A DNA stretch of 63,359 nt, counting the filler, from Rhabdomonas costata (lineage: Eukaryota): the NCBI GenBank assembly GCA_019059605.1. It is 49 parts of 49 records of this genome, joined end to end, with 100 filler letters (N's around TTAATTAATTAA, not from the genome) between each part and the next. Parts side by side here need not be neighbours in the genome. Positions count along the whole stretch, not along the records: positions 46,628 to 47,822 come from JAHMHO010024086.1; positions 47,923 to 49,118 come from JAHMHO010024087.1; positions 49,219 to 50,409 come from JAHMHO010024088.1; positions 50,510 to 51,705 come from JAHMHO010024089.1; positions 51,806 to 53,000 come from JAHMHO010024090.1; positions 53,101 to 54,295 come from JAHMHO010024091.1; positions 54,396 to 55,590 come from JAHMHO010024092.1; positions 55,691 to 56,885 come from JAHMHO010024093.1; 41 more parts are not named here. One strand, 5' to 3'. The position numbers and the translations under genes were made by a program. The notes under the pieces were generated by a model. It was not told the origin of the DNA. It did not search any database and saw only the letters and a program-made list of their open reading frames with translations. Shown one piece after another: positions 47,369-61,082 of this stretch. The stretch's first letter is position 1; every line of letters starts with the position of its first letter.

Positions 47369-47571
47369 GTTACGTGACACTGACAAAACTCAAGAAACTT
47401 GTCAAGCACCACGCCCACACCATGTCCACAGCCAACAATTCACGCGGAGTGGCGGAGGTCCCTTTTGAATGCATCGAACAGGGCTATGGTACAGTGGCTG
47501 TCCAGAAAAAACAGAACAAAAAGAGACAGATGAAAACCGAGCGAGGAAGTGCAGAACAAGCTTTTGTGAAG
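47369..47571 (+). CDS. Probable exon, unknown basic protein
   Basis: GGCAG acceptor, open frame, strong GTAAGC donor. Confidence 0.4.
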
Positions 47572-48577
47572 GTAAGCAACTGCTGGGGCAGGCTGCTGTG
47601 ACTCACAAAGCTCCTGTGTCCACAACACCGCCGTGCCATGCACAGCTCACAGACGATGGACGCATGCGGAAACTGAGCAATGGTCCTCAACGAATCAGAC
47701 ACCACAAAAGTCAAAAGGCGCGGCGCACTGGGATTCAAGGGTCTATATACGGTTATGCGCACCAGAGCTTCCAGCTACCAACCCGGGAGAGGGCAGCGGT
47801 GCACACAGTAATCACCCCGCAANNNNNNNNNNNNNNNNNNNNNNNNNNNNNNNNNNNNNNNNNNNNTTAATTAATTAANNNNNNNNNNNNNNNNNNNNNN
47901 NNNNNNNNNNNNNNNNNNNNNNGGTGGTTTTGTCATTCTGGGGTCTCCAGCAGCACCAGTCCCTCCTCTGCGTGTCTCTGGTTAGCGCATCAATCGTCAG
48001 GGGGTCGCCCGAGAAATTGGGTGATAGGACTCATTTTTTTAACCCATTCGCTATTCACTGGGTGACTTAGGGGTGGTAGAGAAAGCACAGGTGCCCGAGC
48101 GAGATGGTATTTGCGGTGCGGTTGAAGAAATGCATTCTAGAGTTATGAAGTCTACTGTCGCGAGTACCGATGGGCCAACAGCTTGCGTTTGCATCCCATT
48201 GGTCAACTGCGGTTACCAACAGTTAGTTAAGCAGCAGCTCAAAACCAGAAACGTTCGTTTCAGAGAGAGAGACAGGGAGATAGAAGGCCCAAGCTCCCTC
48301 AAGAAGTGCAGGGACTCTGGTAGCCGTTGGAAGAGAGCAGCTCGCGACAAAGGCCCTGGGACCCGTGGAGCAGAAAGGAGGCTACCGTGTCATGTGGAAC
48401 GTTCGGCGGTGAGCCGGTGTACCCCACAGCATCATTCACTCCGAACTGTACCTCTCGCAGTGCGCCCGTCAGTCCAGAGCAGTGGTCACCAGCAGTCCAT
48501 CTGGCAGCAGCCAGCGCGCAATGCGCGCAGCACACACACACACACACACACACACATACATACATACACACACACAG

Positions 48578-48707
48578 CCTCGAGCTCAGGGTCGCACCCC
48601 ACGGCGCCGCTGTCGCCGTTCGGGGGGTGGTTTGAGATGATGGAGAAGCTCCCGCTGCACCGCAGCTATGACAACCCCAGCTTCTGCGAGAAGAAGTCCA
48701 ACTTGAG
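48578..48707 (+). CDS. Probable exon directly after a (CA)n tract
   Basis: CACAG|SSSGSHPTAPLSPFGGWFEMMEKLPLHRSYDNPSFCEKKSNLR|GT. Confidence 0.45.
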
Positions 48708-51234
48708 GTTTGGGTTGACTGGAAAGCCGGTATATCGAACCCCTGCTCAGCTCGCCCTTTTGATACTATACGTTTCCAAATAGGTTCAGGGGGAAAAATT
48801 GCGTGTCGCCCGGAAACCCACGAAGGTGAGGTGCAAGTGCACTTCGGAATGGTGGCTAGTGACACACCCACAACCACCCATACACATACATACACAAAAT
48901 AAACGTTGGGGGTCTCGCCCAAAACAAGCGGGAACGAACGCAAAGGTTCTGGCCGCAGTCAGAGAAGACCGCAGCAAAGTTACTTTTGAAACCGGTAGTA
49001 CGGTGAATGTGTATGTGTGACTTGGAGGATCTTCAAGGAATGTGGTAAGTTGCCGAAGGACCGAACGTCTTAGGTTAGGGACAGCTTTTCTTTCCATCAT
49101 CATGTTTCCTTGCCGTCTNNNNNNNNNNNNNNNNNNNNNNNNNNNNNNNNNNNNNNNNNNNNTTAATTAATTAANNNNNNNNNNNNNNNNNNNNNNNNNN
49201 NNNNNNNNNNNNNNNNNNGTGTTGTGGGGGTTTGCTTGGGCTTGGCAAACAAAGTATGAAGACTGATAAAAGATGATGATTGTTGCCCATTTTGCATATC
49301 GCTTCCCTTCTTGCGCGCTATGCTGTGCTTGTATTTTTCATGGTATTTCTGCTGTGTTTTTTGAACGCTGGACAAAAATGTGACCAAAACCGGAAAAAGA
49401 ACCTGCATTTCACTTGACGTGCTATGGCGGCCATTTGCTTTCGCATGTGATTGGCCTTCTTTGGTTTCTGTTTCACCAAATCAAGATACCCTTATCTTCG
49501 CCCTTCCAGCCCTTCCACCAGAGGTATCGGGTGCCGGTGTTATTCGCGCATCTCACGAAGCTCACCCCAAAAGCTTCCGGACCAAGTGGGTATCTGATAA
49601 AAAGGCAGGTGTCGGGCACCAGGTTTGTAAAAGGCGAAGTTGAAATAGGTGTGCGTCATGTTAAAAGTGAGCGTTACAGCGATAATTCTGCCATAAAAAA
49701 CTGACCATGGAACCTCAAAGGCGAGATGTGATGACCTTCATCATGTAGTGTTTTCATGTCAAAAAAAAGGCTGAAAAATCCTGAACCCCCCCCCCCATAA
49801 ACTCGTACGCCACGAGAGAAAACCATGTCACTATTTCAGTATTTTAGTGCGCCGTTTGCGAAGATACCTGCTCTCAACAACATTTCACACACATTTTCCA
49901 CAGGAAATATCATTGTTAGGTGATAGCACCTCCTTTAGGTTATCTCAAAAAACGCTCACTTTCAAGATGACTTGGCGAATACTTCTGTTGACAGATCATC
50001 TTTTATCTGCTTGAAGCAGAGGGAGTCAGCGGTCTCCATTTCTCATCCACCTGCAAGGAACAAGAAGCACCGCACACACCCCATGCACATAATTCCTGCA
50101 ATACTGTTGCGGTCAACCGCTATGGGGTGGCAAGCGGACAACGCTCCACGGCCGGAGAACCGCAAAACGTAACCTGCGCAGTCACTCCGCCGTACCTCAC
50201 ACAGATGGCTTGCCCCCAAAAGACGGAGGAAGAGGGACCACGAGTCTATCTTGCACATCCATCTGACAGGGCAAGCACAACAGAAATGCAGTGGGAACTC
50301 CACTGGGGTAACAACCAAGAGCACAAAGCTCGGCAAACGGGGAAGTTAGAAGCGAATGACGAAGAGTTAAGGGAAGAAGCGAAATTACTCAGCCGTTCCC
50401 CCACACACANNNNNNNNNNNNNNNNNNNNNNNNNNNNNNNNNNNNNNNNNNNNTTAATTAATTAANNNNNNNNNNNNNNNNNNNNNNNNNNNNNNNNNNN
50501 NNNNNNNNNGTTTTGTGTTATTCGCATTTCGAAGGTTGGACAGGAAGCTTCGTAATCGAAGCTTGCATGCAAAAAAAAAAACGGCCTGTGCGGGCTTCCT
50601 TGGGAAGCCCCCAGAGCGACCACTGGCACCTAACCGCTTCCTGGGTCTCCTGATGGACAGGTTACCTATGTTGTCCCCGCCGGGGCTGCAAGTGATCCAG
50701 CGCAAGACAAATCATCGCACATTCCAACGGTGTTTCTTCCTTTCGGAACCTGTGCAAGAAAAGTTCGAGAGATTAAGGTCACGATCCCGCCGGGTCCGCT
50801 CGAGGAGCTCGGCAGGAAGTGGAGAAGAAAGCCCATCGGAAGATCCAGAAGTTTGAGGCGGATGCTGGACTGGGAATCAACCCTTTCTGCAGCCTAGCCA
50901 GTCCACAGCCCCCCTTGCGACCAACGAACGGTAGCGGCTGCAGAGCGGAAGAGAACTCCCTGCCTCTTCAGGTCGCCCCACGCATCCGGTGCCAACTAGA
51001 AAGTTTTGGGACGAGAGTGAATTGAAAAGTGAACGGTGAATAAAACCACTGGATAAGGAAACATTGAAAACGTTATTAGAAAAACATGCCACACGCTGTT
51101 GCTCAAGCCGTTCTTCATCACGTTCAGGCTGCAAAGGTATTGCACTATTTTCTCTTCGGTTTGGTGACTCGTGGTTTGAGGTGATGCACCGTCAAATTCC
51201 CAATTATAATTGGAAATGCTGTGAAATTATCAGT

Positions 51235-51273
<39 letters not shown>
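51235..51273. repeat. (ATC)13 microsatellite
   Basis: Direct reading. Confidence 0.95.
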
Positions 51274-51276
<3 letters not shown>

Positions 51277-51956
51277 GAGAGACCACCACTTCCGATGTTT
51301 CGGAGCGACAAAAAACAAACACTCAGACCACAGATCACCCACCCACCCGGGTTGAGGCTGTGAATAATCGTGGCTCCACAGCCGCGTCGCATCCTGGTGG
51401 CTTCTGCTGCTCTCCTCAGTTCCTTGCTAAACTAAACTTTCCCAGCGGAAACTTTTGTTTTTCAGGGTAGGAATATCATGACCAGCCTCTTAGTGATCTC
51501 CTGCGCCACCTTGGATACACGCACTACCCCACACAGGGTCAAAAAGCACATGTTCCACTTTTCCACTCCAAAAAACCAAGCACGGTAATATTAGTATTAG
51601 AGCAGGTAAGGCTACATGAAACAAAAACCAAGGAAAAAAAGGTGGTTGATTTTATTTCTTTGAAAGAATCACACCTTGGCAGATGCAACGGAAACAGCCC
51701 ACAACNNNNNNNNNNNNNNNNNNNNNNNNNNNNNNNNNNNNNNNNNNNNTTAATTAATTAANNNNNNNNNNNNNNNNNNNNNNNNNNNNNNNNNNNNNNN
51801 NNNNNGTTGGTGTGGAAACAGAAGATATGGAACGGCTTTGCCGTTAAAACACGGCACTTTGTTTTCTGTGTCATTAGTTTTCAGTATAATGAGTACATAT
51901 TGGACTTTGCAAGAGAATGAGAGGGGGGTGCGTTGTCACCTTTCGGTGGTGTACAG

Positions 51957-52728
51957 GAGTTTACGACGGGCTCGCACTCGTTGCGGTGCCTGGGGGTGGC
52001 CTACTGCACGTGCCCCCGGGGGCTGTCTCCCACTCTGCTGCGGGAGCCCTCCAGCTTCGTCAAAGTGGAGTCCCACCTCACCTTTGTCGGGCTTGTGGGG
52101 ATGCTTGACCCGCCCCGTCCCGAGGTCCTCCGCCCACCATCGCCCCTCTTTCGCCTGAGCACTGATGCGGATGCCTGAACGGTTCATTTGGGTTGTGCCG
52201 TTTACCAATGGTAATGTGTGATACATGTGTGATACATTTCCCAGGGAAGCTTCTCTTACAGGCTCTTCCAGAGGTGTGCTCTTCCATTGAACACCTCTCG
52301 AGGACTTTACAGGTATAACGTTGAAACCTTTGCAACGTGTGGGCGTGGACACCCGCGTCACCCTGTAACTCTGGGGAAGCCGCCAATTTGACTCCACCAC
52401 CAAGACGTCACCCGCCAACACATACACACATCGAAGCCACAGCCGAAGCCGAATGAAGGTGGAAGACGAGCACGTGTGCCCCAGGAGTGCGATGCTGGCA
52501 CTGGATGGCATGCAATCGATGTGGCCGGACAATTTACATTTTTCTTTCTGACTAGATGCTGAAACCGGGTAAAAAATGGACAGGTCAAGGAGGCCATCTC
52601 GCGGTGCTTCACCGCGGGCATCCGTGTGATCGTTATCACGGGGGACAACAAGGACACCGCAGAGGCGATCTGCCGACGCATTGGCGTGCTGGGCAGTGAC
52701 CTTAACTGCGCTGGACAGTCCCTCACGG
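51957..52728 (+). CDS. P-type IIA (SERCA-like) Ca2+-ATPase, exons 51957-52124 and 52584-52728
   Basis: Spliced LRCLGVAY...[54 protein letters not shown] contains the DPPR and TGDN motifs. Confidence 0.95.
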
Positions 52729-55690
52729 GTGCGCACTCACTCTTTTGGACTTGGCTTCCTCAGGCTGGCTGGGTTTTGCTCTGTTCCTGTGAAGGGAGTG
52801 TTTCCTGCATCTCTGCCAGGTTTGGGTTAATGCAATGTCGTTGGCTGGATGAGCTTCACAGAGCTCCACCAAAACTGTCATGAAGCGACAGCTTACTGGT
52901 TTTCAAGTACAAAAGGGCCCTGCCCTGCTTGAAGTGACAGCGGGCGCTCAACTTGCTGCGAATCGGCTTGTTCGGGGAGCTCGGGTGGATACCCAAAAAA
53001 NNNNNNNNNNNNNNNNNNNNNNNNNNNNNNNNNNNNNNNNNNNNTTAATTAATTAANNNNNNNNNNNNNNNNNNNNNNNNNNNNNNNNNNNNNNNNNNNN
53101 GGGTTCTGTTTTGCCAGTCCGCCACAGCATCGTCCCACGCAGCAAATAGAGTTGGCTTTGCCCAAGGAAACGTCGAAAACACGTTGCAGAATTGCACGTT
53201 TGTGGTTCACGACCGTGAACCAAAGGTTATTCACTGACCCATCTTTGTATTTTGAGTGTGTTTTGCGCAAGGGATTGTGAAATGGTTCTCTCCATGCACC
53301 ACCACTGATGCCCCGGAAGGTCACTCTGACAGTCCTGAAGGCCAGCAACGTGCAAGCCTCCAGCCCGTTAGACCACACCCTCACCTATAGTCCATTGTCG
53401 AGACATAAACCAACACACGAATCCTGGGAGAGGGGGGTTGCTGAGGGATTGTGCAAGCAGCGACCTCTCCCCGGGGAACGTGCGCCGCATCCTAAATCGC
53501 CCTCTGACGCTGGAGTCAGAGTTTTGCTGTACTGGACAGACGCCCATACCATATGAATGATTGCATTTTTAGTAATTGTAAAGTAGCGCCTTCCTATTTT
53601 CTTGTCATTGTGGCAAAGTGGGGTTTTCACAAAGGGTGTCAATGTCATGCTGTCATTTTAGAATATTGGGTCGGGTTCTTCCATGGATCCACAGCCCCTA
53701 TGATTTTTCCGGGGGGACGCTTTATGTGGATTCGCACCTGACAGTGATGCTGTCTAAGTACAAAAAATTGGGTTTGATGAAACGAGATGAACAGATTTGG
53801 GCTGTGTATGGTTAAGGGCGAGGGGCGGTAGGGAGGATGTATTTCCAATTGTTTTCATTGGCGCCACTGCCCTGCGCACCCGTGAACTGCAATCTTCACC
53901 CTCATTCGTGGTACATTAGAGCTGTCAAGGCGAACAGTTTGGTTCCTTGAGGGCAGTGCTCAGTTTAGATGTTTATAGGGGAGGATGGATCGCCCCCCCA
54001 CTCTTTTTCTTTCAAGACTCTTGCCTGGAGTATTTTTTGTTTCTCTGCACACAGGGGAAGCCCGCGACTGTGGAGGGAGCTCCTTCTCAGGTGCGGAGGG
54101 TTCAGGCGGTGGCGTACAGTGGTTTTCTCTGACGTTCCCTTGCGTTCGTGGGAGGGTTTGACTCTGGGACAGAGTGCTTTCACCGTTGCGGTTCTGGTCT
54201 GAGTCTCGAATTGTATTTGGGTGGGGTATCTTCTAATCTTCTCCCCCCCCCCATGTGGTGCGGGTAGCCAAGGTAGCAGCTAAGCACACCCACCCNNNNN
54301 NNNNNNNNNNNNNNNNNNNNNNNNNNNNNNNNNNNNNNNTTAATTAATTAANNNNNNNNNNNNNNNNNNNNNNNNNNNNNNNNNNNNNNNNNNNNTTTTG
54401 TGTGCAAGGCTGGCTGCTGCTCGAGCCACCCCTGCTTTCCCGACCCCGAAGTGGTATGAGTGCATGTATGAAGGGGAGGGGTCATGGAGAAACGCGCGCT
54501 AAACAGAGACCTTGTGTGCTTTAAAAGATACTGGGGGAGAAGCCGACACAAACCTTGGGGTATTCGTATATACGCCAGGACTCCTAGGCAAGGCCTTTCA
54601 CCCTCAGCAAGTGCGTTTGTCCGGCACGCGGTGCTTTTTCTAACAGGCTCTTGCAAAGTGCTTCAAAAGACAAAGGGTCCCCCTCCCTCTGGGAGAAAAG
54701 GAACCCCCACCCCGGGAAGAACAAATCGGTGACAGCTGCAAATCTGCCACGCAATAAGCGATTTTCCAAAAACCAAGCCATCATCACCACGTAGAGAAAA
54801 AACGGCAAAAAACAAACAAACAAAAAGGAAGAGTCCATGGACTTCCTGACGGAAAAAAAAGGGGGCGGGGCACACCAGAACTGTATCCAGTTCAGCCTCA
54901 TGCAAGAGATGAGGAAGGGTGAAACCATCTCTGGCCATAAGCAAAATGGGCATTCTCATCCTCTGCTGTTGCTTGTTTTGTTCTCCTTGTGGAATGGGGA
55001 GGGGTGTGAAAGGGAAAGGAAGCAATGAGAGGAGGGGACAAAAATGAAGGAGAGGGAGAAAACAAGCCATCCCGGGTGTAACAGCCAAGGCAACAACACG
55101 AAAGGCAAGCGGGGTTGCACACGGCTGAAAAAAAAAGGTCTTTCCATGCCCTCCCGATCATTGCTACATTTGACGGAACGGAGGGGCCTCTTTCAGAGTT
55201 CCGGCAATCCCACTCGTGAAGAAAAAGGTAGAAGTGGAGTCAGGTGAGGCTAGGGCATCAGGGAGAGAGAAAATACGAGTGTGCTCACCACTAAGATGGT
55301 CCCGGTTTGCAAACGAGAGAAAGCCTCCCTTTCTGACCTTTTGAGCCAAAAAGGGTCTTCCTCATGGCCACCCCCTGAATGAACCCACAATGAATCAGCG
55401 TGGATGAGCCCGATCCCATTCCCATTCATCGAAGTATTTAACATTCAACTTCTTCACCACTCCCTCCTCTCCTCTCGTTGCCTCACGTTGCGGCTCATTT
55501 TCACATCAGATGCTACTTCTGATCTCCCCGCGTACTCCCAGGCCTCGCTGCCCATGCCTGACGTGGCGGTCCGAGGGCGCCACCCACACCNNNNNNNNNN
55601 NNNNNNNNNNNNNNNNNNNNNNNNNNNNNNNNNNTTAATTAATTAANNNNNNNNNNNNNNNNNNNNNNNNNNNNNNNNNNNNNNNNNNNN

Positions 55691-56290
55691 CCGCAGGGCC
55701 TCCAGGATGTGGTCGTCCCCAGCAAAGTAGGCCTGCATTGGGGTTTGGGGTGGGTTGCCCAGTAACACGAACAAGCCGCACCAGGAGAACAAAAAAACAC
55801 TGGTATTCAGGGTATATGCAAGGTTGGCCTTTTTATTTACGTTTTAATTTTTGCCAGTTGGCTGCACTAAACGCTGCCATTTACATCTCCTCAAAAGTAC
55901 CTCTCAACGCCGATGTCCTCACTCCCCTCCGAAGGTGGATTTATCCACATCATCTGTCTCCACCAAATTCCTTCGGGTACTTTCAGCGCCAAGTAGCTGA
56001 ATATGGCAAAAAAGAAATAGACTAAAAACAATGAGGCTCCCGTCCGAATTGGAGCTCTTCAGCAAGCTCAGCATACTCACGGTGGACGCCCCCCCCCACA
56101 CACTTTGTGCACTTGGTCGACACACACACGCACACACCTGAACCCCATGCCTCAAGATCAGCGGATTGATCACCTTGCGCCATAGCGGGTAGGACCCGTG
56201 CCACGAACCACTGCTATAGAAGGGGCGGTGGCACACCACAAGCTTCCACTCTGCCTTGGAGCGCCGCAGCTGAGCCTCCAGCCAACCCAT
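55691..56290 (-). CDS. Purple acid phosphatase / TRAP-like metallophosphoesterase, exons 56290-56138 and 55732-55691
   Basis: WLEAQLRRSKAEWKLVVCHRPFYSSGSWHGS...INPLILRHGVQ|AYFAGDDH fits WLxxxL..WxxVxGHHPxYSxGxHG..GVxxYxxGHDH. Confidence 0.85.
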
Positions 56291-57095
56291 CTGAACGATT
56301 CAGAGAGAGAGAGAGAGAGAACACAGCACCGTTGGATTTTGTTGGCTTTCGTTCTTTTGCTGTGGTCCGGTCCAGGGGTCACCAGGATGAGATCACACAG
56401 CCTTTTACGCGTGAGATTCAACACTCGACTTCAACAAGAATTATATTGTCAAGGACCACCACAATATTGGAATAATCCAACCATTTCGTACCACCCTGAC
56501 CCACAAACCTTCGCCTTCATTTCTCGTGCCAATTTTCATATTCGGGCAAGAGATACAGCTCATAACATTATTCCACACCTCTGCCAAACAAAAACCGGAA
56601 CCGGTGTAGTCGAGTCCGAACTGAACACTCTTTCAGGAAACACTTTACAGAGGACGTTCGGGAAAATGCCACAATGCAGGAAAAGCGTCTCGAGCTGACA
56701 GTATATTTCAGAAAAACAAGCAGAAACAGCACAGCAATACAGCAATGAAGCACAAAAAAGGGAAATGGCAGGAAACAGCAGCAAAGAAACAATGAAGGGA
56801 AACAATTCATCAAAACATGACACACTGGAGCGTTCCACTATAAATCCACCGCGCTCAACACTCAGACAGCGACATGGCAACCCACNNNNNNNNNNNNNNN
56901 NNNNNNNNNNNNNNNNNNNNNNNNNNNNNTTAATTAATTAANNNNNNNNNNNNNNNNNNNNNNNNNNNNNNNNNNNNNNNNNNNNTTTTGGTTTGAACAT
57001 GACCTTCATTCAGAGAACACCAACGGAAAGGTACTGATCAAAGCAGCACCGGAAACGCACCATCTTAGTGCAGCTGTTCTGAAATGCCTCCTTAC

Positions 57096-58127
57096 CAACG
57101 ATGGACCAGGCCATAGTCATGAAGAGGCAGTGCAGGTCCAAAAAAGCCTGTTGCTCTTGCACCATCACCGTCACACGGACATCGATTGCAATGTCGGAAA
57201 GCGCATCGAACCTGGGGCAAGCGGGTTGCAGGAAAGCAAGCAAAAGAAAGTGCAACGTATTCTGGTGGTGGTACCAGTAACGAGAAAATACTCAAACACA
57301 CTTGTTTCGGTACAGCTCGAGAATAGCCAAGTTCCGCTGTGCCATCTTTTCCGCCATCAGCGCGAGCACCACCTAGGTAGGTAGGTAATCATGGAATAAT
57401 TTGTTCAAGCAAAATACGGCCCACTTCACATTCGAGTCAAGAATTTTGGCCATCCCAACCAAAAAGCTCGTGAGACAACAAAGAACCACGGCAAAGTAGA
57501 GAGGAGACGTCCCATTTCAGTTCATGTTTCACTTTTCTCGATTTTTTCGCTGTGAAATCCAAGGTGATGGCTTTTAGTGAACAGTAATCGCTTTTCAAAA
57601 TGAAGTGGATAATTCTGCGGCGCAGAGCACTCACCAAAGTGAGATATGTACACTCTCATCACGTTTGTTGGGCGTTAGGTTTACTTCCACATGCCCACAA
57701 ACCACCTATCATAGCCCAATCGACCTGCGCAAAAGGGCACGCGATAGCATCTGCCACTGTTGCACATCAGACACGAGGGAAGGAGGGGGGGGGGGCACAA
57801 AACAGGATGAGTAAACGTACCTGCTCAACGCTTTTCAGCTCCTTCGCAAAGATGGTTTGGGCCTCGGCGAGGAACTCACGACCGAGCTCCTCCGAAGTCT
57901 GCAGTGCCATCACCACAAGTTCCATGTGGAAGTCACCCGCCATGTCAGAAAGCGTCTCAGCACTGGGTAGGTAAAAAATAAAAGAGGGAACGGATTGCTG
58001 GAACATCGCTCGGTCGCTTGCTTTGTGAAGCGATGAATGCGGGCGCACACGCACACATGTGCAACCACTCACACCAGCGCATGGCCCGCTGTGCAGGCTC
58101 GTCCGCGATCAAGGCTGCCAGAGCTTG
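57096..58127 (-). CDS. Four exons of an unknown alpha-helical protein
   Basis: QALAALIADEPAQRAMR / AETLSDMAGDFHMELVV...KSVEQ / VVLALMAEKMAQRNLAILELYRN / FDALSDIAIDVRV...WSIV joined by three phase-compatible GT-AG introns. Confidence 0.65.
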
Positions 58128-58285
58128 CTGTAGGAAACTAGCAGCCTGCAGGCAAGCAAGCAACCAAGCACACAACAACCNNNNNNNNNNNNNNNNNNNN
58201 NNNNNNNNNNNNNNNNNNNNNNNNTTAATTAATTAANNNNNNNNNNNNNNNNNNNNNNNNNNNNNNNNNNNNNNNNNNNNACTCC

Positions 58286-58493
58286 GACTCTCGCTACGCT
58301 CGTGTCTACGTTCCTGTGTCGACATCGCTACGCTCCTGTTCGTGTCTCCTGTCTCCTTCTTCTTGACGTCGTGATGCTCGGTACCTCGCATCCCTCCTCT
58401 ACTCAGCCGTCACTCCCCGACTGACGTCGGTACGTTCCTCCAACCCTTGATGCATGGTTCGCTCCCCACCACTGACGGGTGGTGCGCTCACTC
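58286..58493 (-). repeat. Hairpin-rich segment related to module A
   Basis: Minus strand has GAGCGTAGCGA twice, GATGCGAGGTACCGAGCATC, and ACCCGT...GGGGAGCGAACCAT as in 24713-24800. Confidence 0.6.
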
Positions 58494-58918
58494 AAGAGGA
58501 AGATGTTGAAGAGAGGCCCTCCGGGCCACGCTCGAAACAGGGTTGCTGCAGAGTGAAGTACAAACCTCGCCAGGGGGGCAGAGCCCCCATCTGCGTATCG
58601 GATTACCCTCCATCGTGACAAAAAGCAAACTCTTCCCTGACGCAATGTCCCACCCGCTCCAGCCGCTCTCCCGGAGTGACTTCCACCTCCTAAAACAGAG
58701 ATGCCCCACTCGCCCGCCCAAGGCGAACTGGTTCAACCAGCCAAAATCGGCCGCCAGAAACACTCAGGAAAAAAAAAAGAAAACGTAACCGTGTAGGTCG
58801 TGCACGACACCATTGACCACGTTAAATCACATCGAATTCCAACGGTTAAAGGGGGACCAATTGACGATTGCCTCCCCACCACCACCACCACCATGGGACA
58901 ACAACCCAATATCTGCAG

Positions 58919-59100
58919 TGGGCTGTGGGCAATCGCCTTTTTGCATATATGGGTGCAGTTGTGGGGATCCAGCATCGTGCACAGTGTTCAGTTTTAAGCA
59001 ACGACGATATTTGGAAGTTTGGTGGTGTGAAAGATGTCGGAGAAATAGAAAGCCTCTCTCCATACAAACATGTGCTCACGCGCCAAAGGAGGCACACCAG
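58919..59100 (+). CDS. Probable exon; weak fucosyltransferase-like N-terminal motif
   Basis: CTGCAG|WAVGNRLFAYMGAVVGI...|GT; GNRLFAY resembles the GNQLFQY motif. Confidence 0.3.
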
Positions 59101-60961
59101 GTCTCCTCGAGCTGGTTGTTGATTCCCGCGCCGTAGCGGGGGCGGCAGAACAGGTACTTCGCCGCCGCCCTGCGGTCCTGGCTGGGCTCTGGTGGCCCAG
59201 CTAAGAGAAAAGTCGGGGAAACCCCGTAAGGCCCAAATGGGAGCTGGGACTGAATTTTCTGAACAACGGCACTGCAGCGAAGGCAACACCACCCCCCCTA
59301 ATATCACTTTCGCCTTCGGTGGGCCTGAGATGGTTGCAAGCGTTTCTCTGCTTGCCGCTCAGTCCCCTGACTGGCCGTGTGAAGCGCTCAGCTCAGTCCC
59401 ACCTCGTCAGCCGTGGCCAATCTCACCAGCCAGTCTCATGACCCAATTCCATCTACTGGTGCCCTCCCCCAAAACNNNNNNNNNNNNNNNNNNNNNNNNN
59501 NNNNNNNNNNNNNNNNNNNTTAATTAATTAANNNNNNNNNNNNNNNNNNNNNNNNNNNNNNNNNNNNNNNNNNNNGGGTTGGTCTCATCTGCTTTTTCAC
59601 TCTGGGTTAAAACCGAGGCAGTGGTTGCAATGGTGACCTGCTCAAGAAAGTAGTCAGCAAAGCAATTATTCTTAACCATGTTATAATACCACAAAGAAGC
59701 ATTTTAGAGTGGTGATACCATTCATCAACAACGTTGGAGAGACTCCACCAGTCCATGCAGCGTAAAAAGAGACATTGGACTTAGGCTTGTCTTGCTTAAT
59801 TCTGTTTTTGGTCTTTTATTATCTTTTTTATCTTTACGGTAGAGTTTAATCATTTTACAAGAGCCAACAGGAGTTACACCGCTCACCGCTTCGGAAAAGG
59901 GCTTCTCGGGGACACATGAGTAGATGTTGACGAAGTGTGAGTGTGGGGACACAAAAACTAAAAGCAAAAAACCCGCCAGGCAATTTCAACTTCAGAAGCA
60001 AAACAACCTCGGTACCTTCGAAAGCTTCCGCGGGCGAGCACGACTCCCACTGAAAGCACAACCACGCCTCCAACTTCCACGGCATGCGGTTGTCACAGCA
60101 CGGCGAAACGTGGGTGCAAACAATGAAAACCCAGGGACCATCATGGCCGTGACAAAAACATACCACTACCGAAACCGCAGTGCTCCTGACTTCTCCTGCT
60201 CCATAAAAGGCATAAACGGCGCAAATACTGTACAAATGGTGAGCAAAAGATTGAGAGATGGTGAACCTGAAAAAACAAACGACGCCACGCGAGGGCTTGG
60301 TTTTTTTAGCAGCTGCAAGCGCAGGTCACTGTGTCTGCGTACACTTTCAGACTCAGCAGCAAGCGCTTGATTGCGGTGTTTGTCCAACGGACGCGACCTT
60401 CCCGGGCATGCTTGGGCTTAGCCCTTCACAATGAACCCATTGAACCCACAAGCACCAATTATGCCTCTTGCGCAATCTTTTTCGGTCACAAATCTTATAA
60501 AGAAAACCTGATAAAACCAGTTCCGCTTTTCAGTGGTGCGTGTCCAGCGTCGGATCAAAACAACCTGGAGATCAAACAATATAATGATGCAGGGGAAAAG
60601 CAATACCACAAAAAGTGACGCAACAGAACAACCATGTCGCCAGTCCCAATTTCCTGGCGAAGTACTATGAAGAAAATCGTTTACGCCTGGCAGCTTTCGC
60701 TTACAGAGACGCTTTCTTTTGTGTGAATTTTACTTTTTCGGTGTACAACTCCACTGCGGCCTGTTTGCGGNNNNNNNNNNNNNNNNNNNNNNNNNNNNNN
60801 NNNNNNNNNNNNNNTTAATTAATTAANNNNNNNNNNNNNNNNNNNNNNNNNNNNNNNNNNNNNNNNNNNNGCTGCTGCATGGGCTGACCCAACTCCAGGT
60901 CCATCCCACCAACGCCCCCGCAGAAGGGCACCACGGCAGACACAGGGCATGCCGCAGATGC

Positions 60962-61082
60962 CTTGAGGGTTTGAAGCACCGCCTTGTTGCGCTTCCCAAG
61001 GGGACTGGCTCTGTAGTGACCTCGGAGCTGCTCCGCCCTGCCCTCCATGACCTCCAGCATCCACGCCGCGGGGTTGTGGTTG
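60962..61082 (-). CDS. Exon of ABCG/PDR transporter (linker after nucleotide-binding domain)
   Basis: NHNPAAWMLEVMEGRAEQLRGHYRASPLGKRNKAVLQTLK contains NPAxWMLEV...YxxSxL. Confidence 0.8.

Noticed and set aside
51204-51392. Poly-Met, poly-Ile or poly-Asp proteins
   Set aside because: Translations of the (ATC)13 microsatellite
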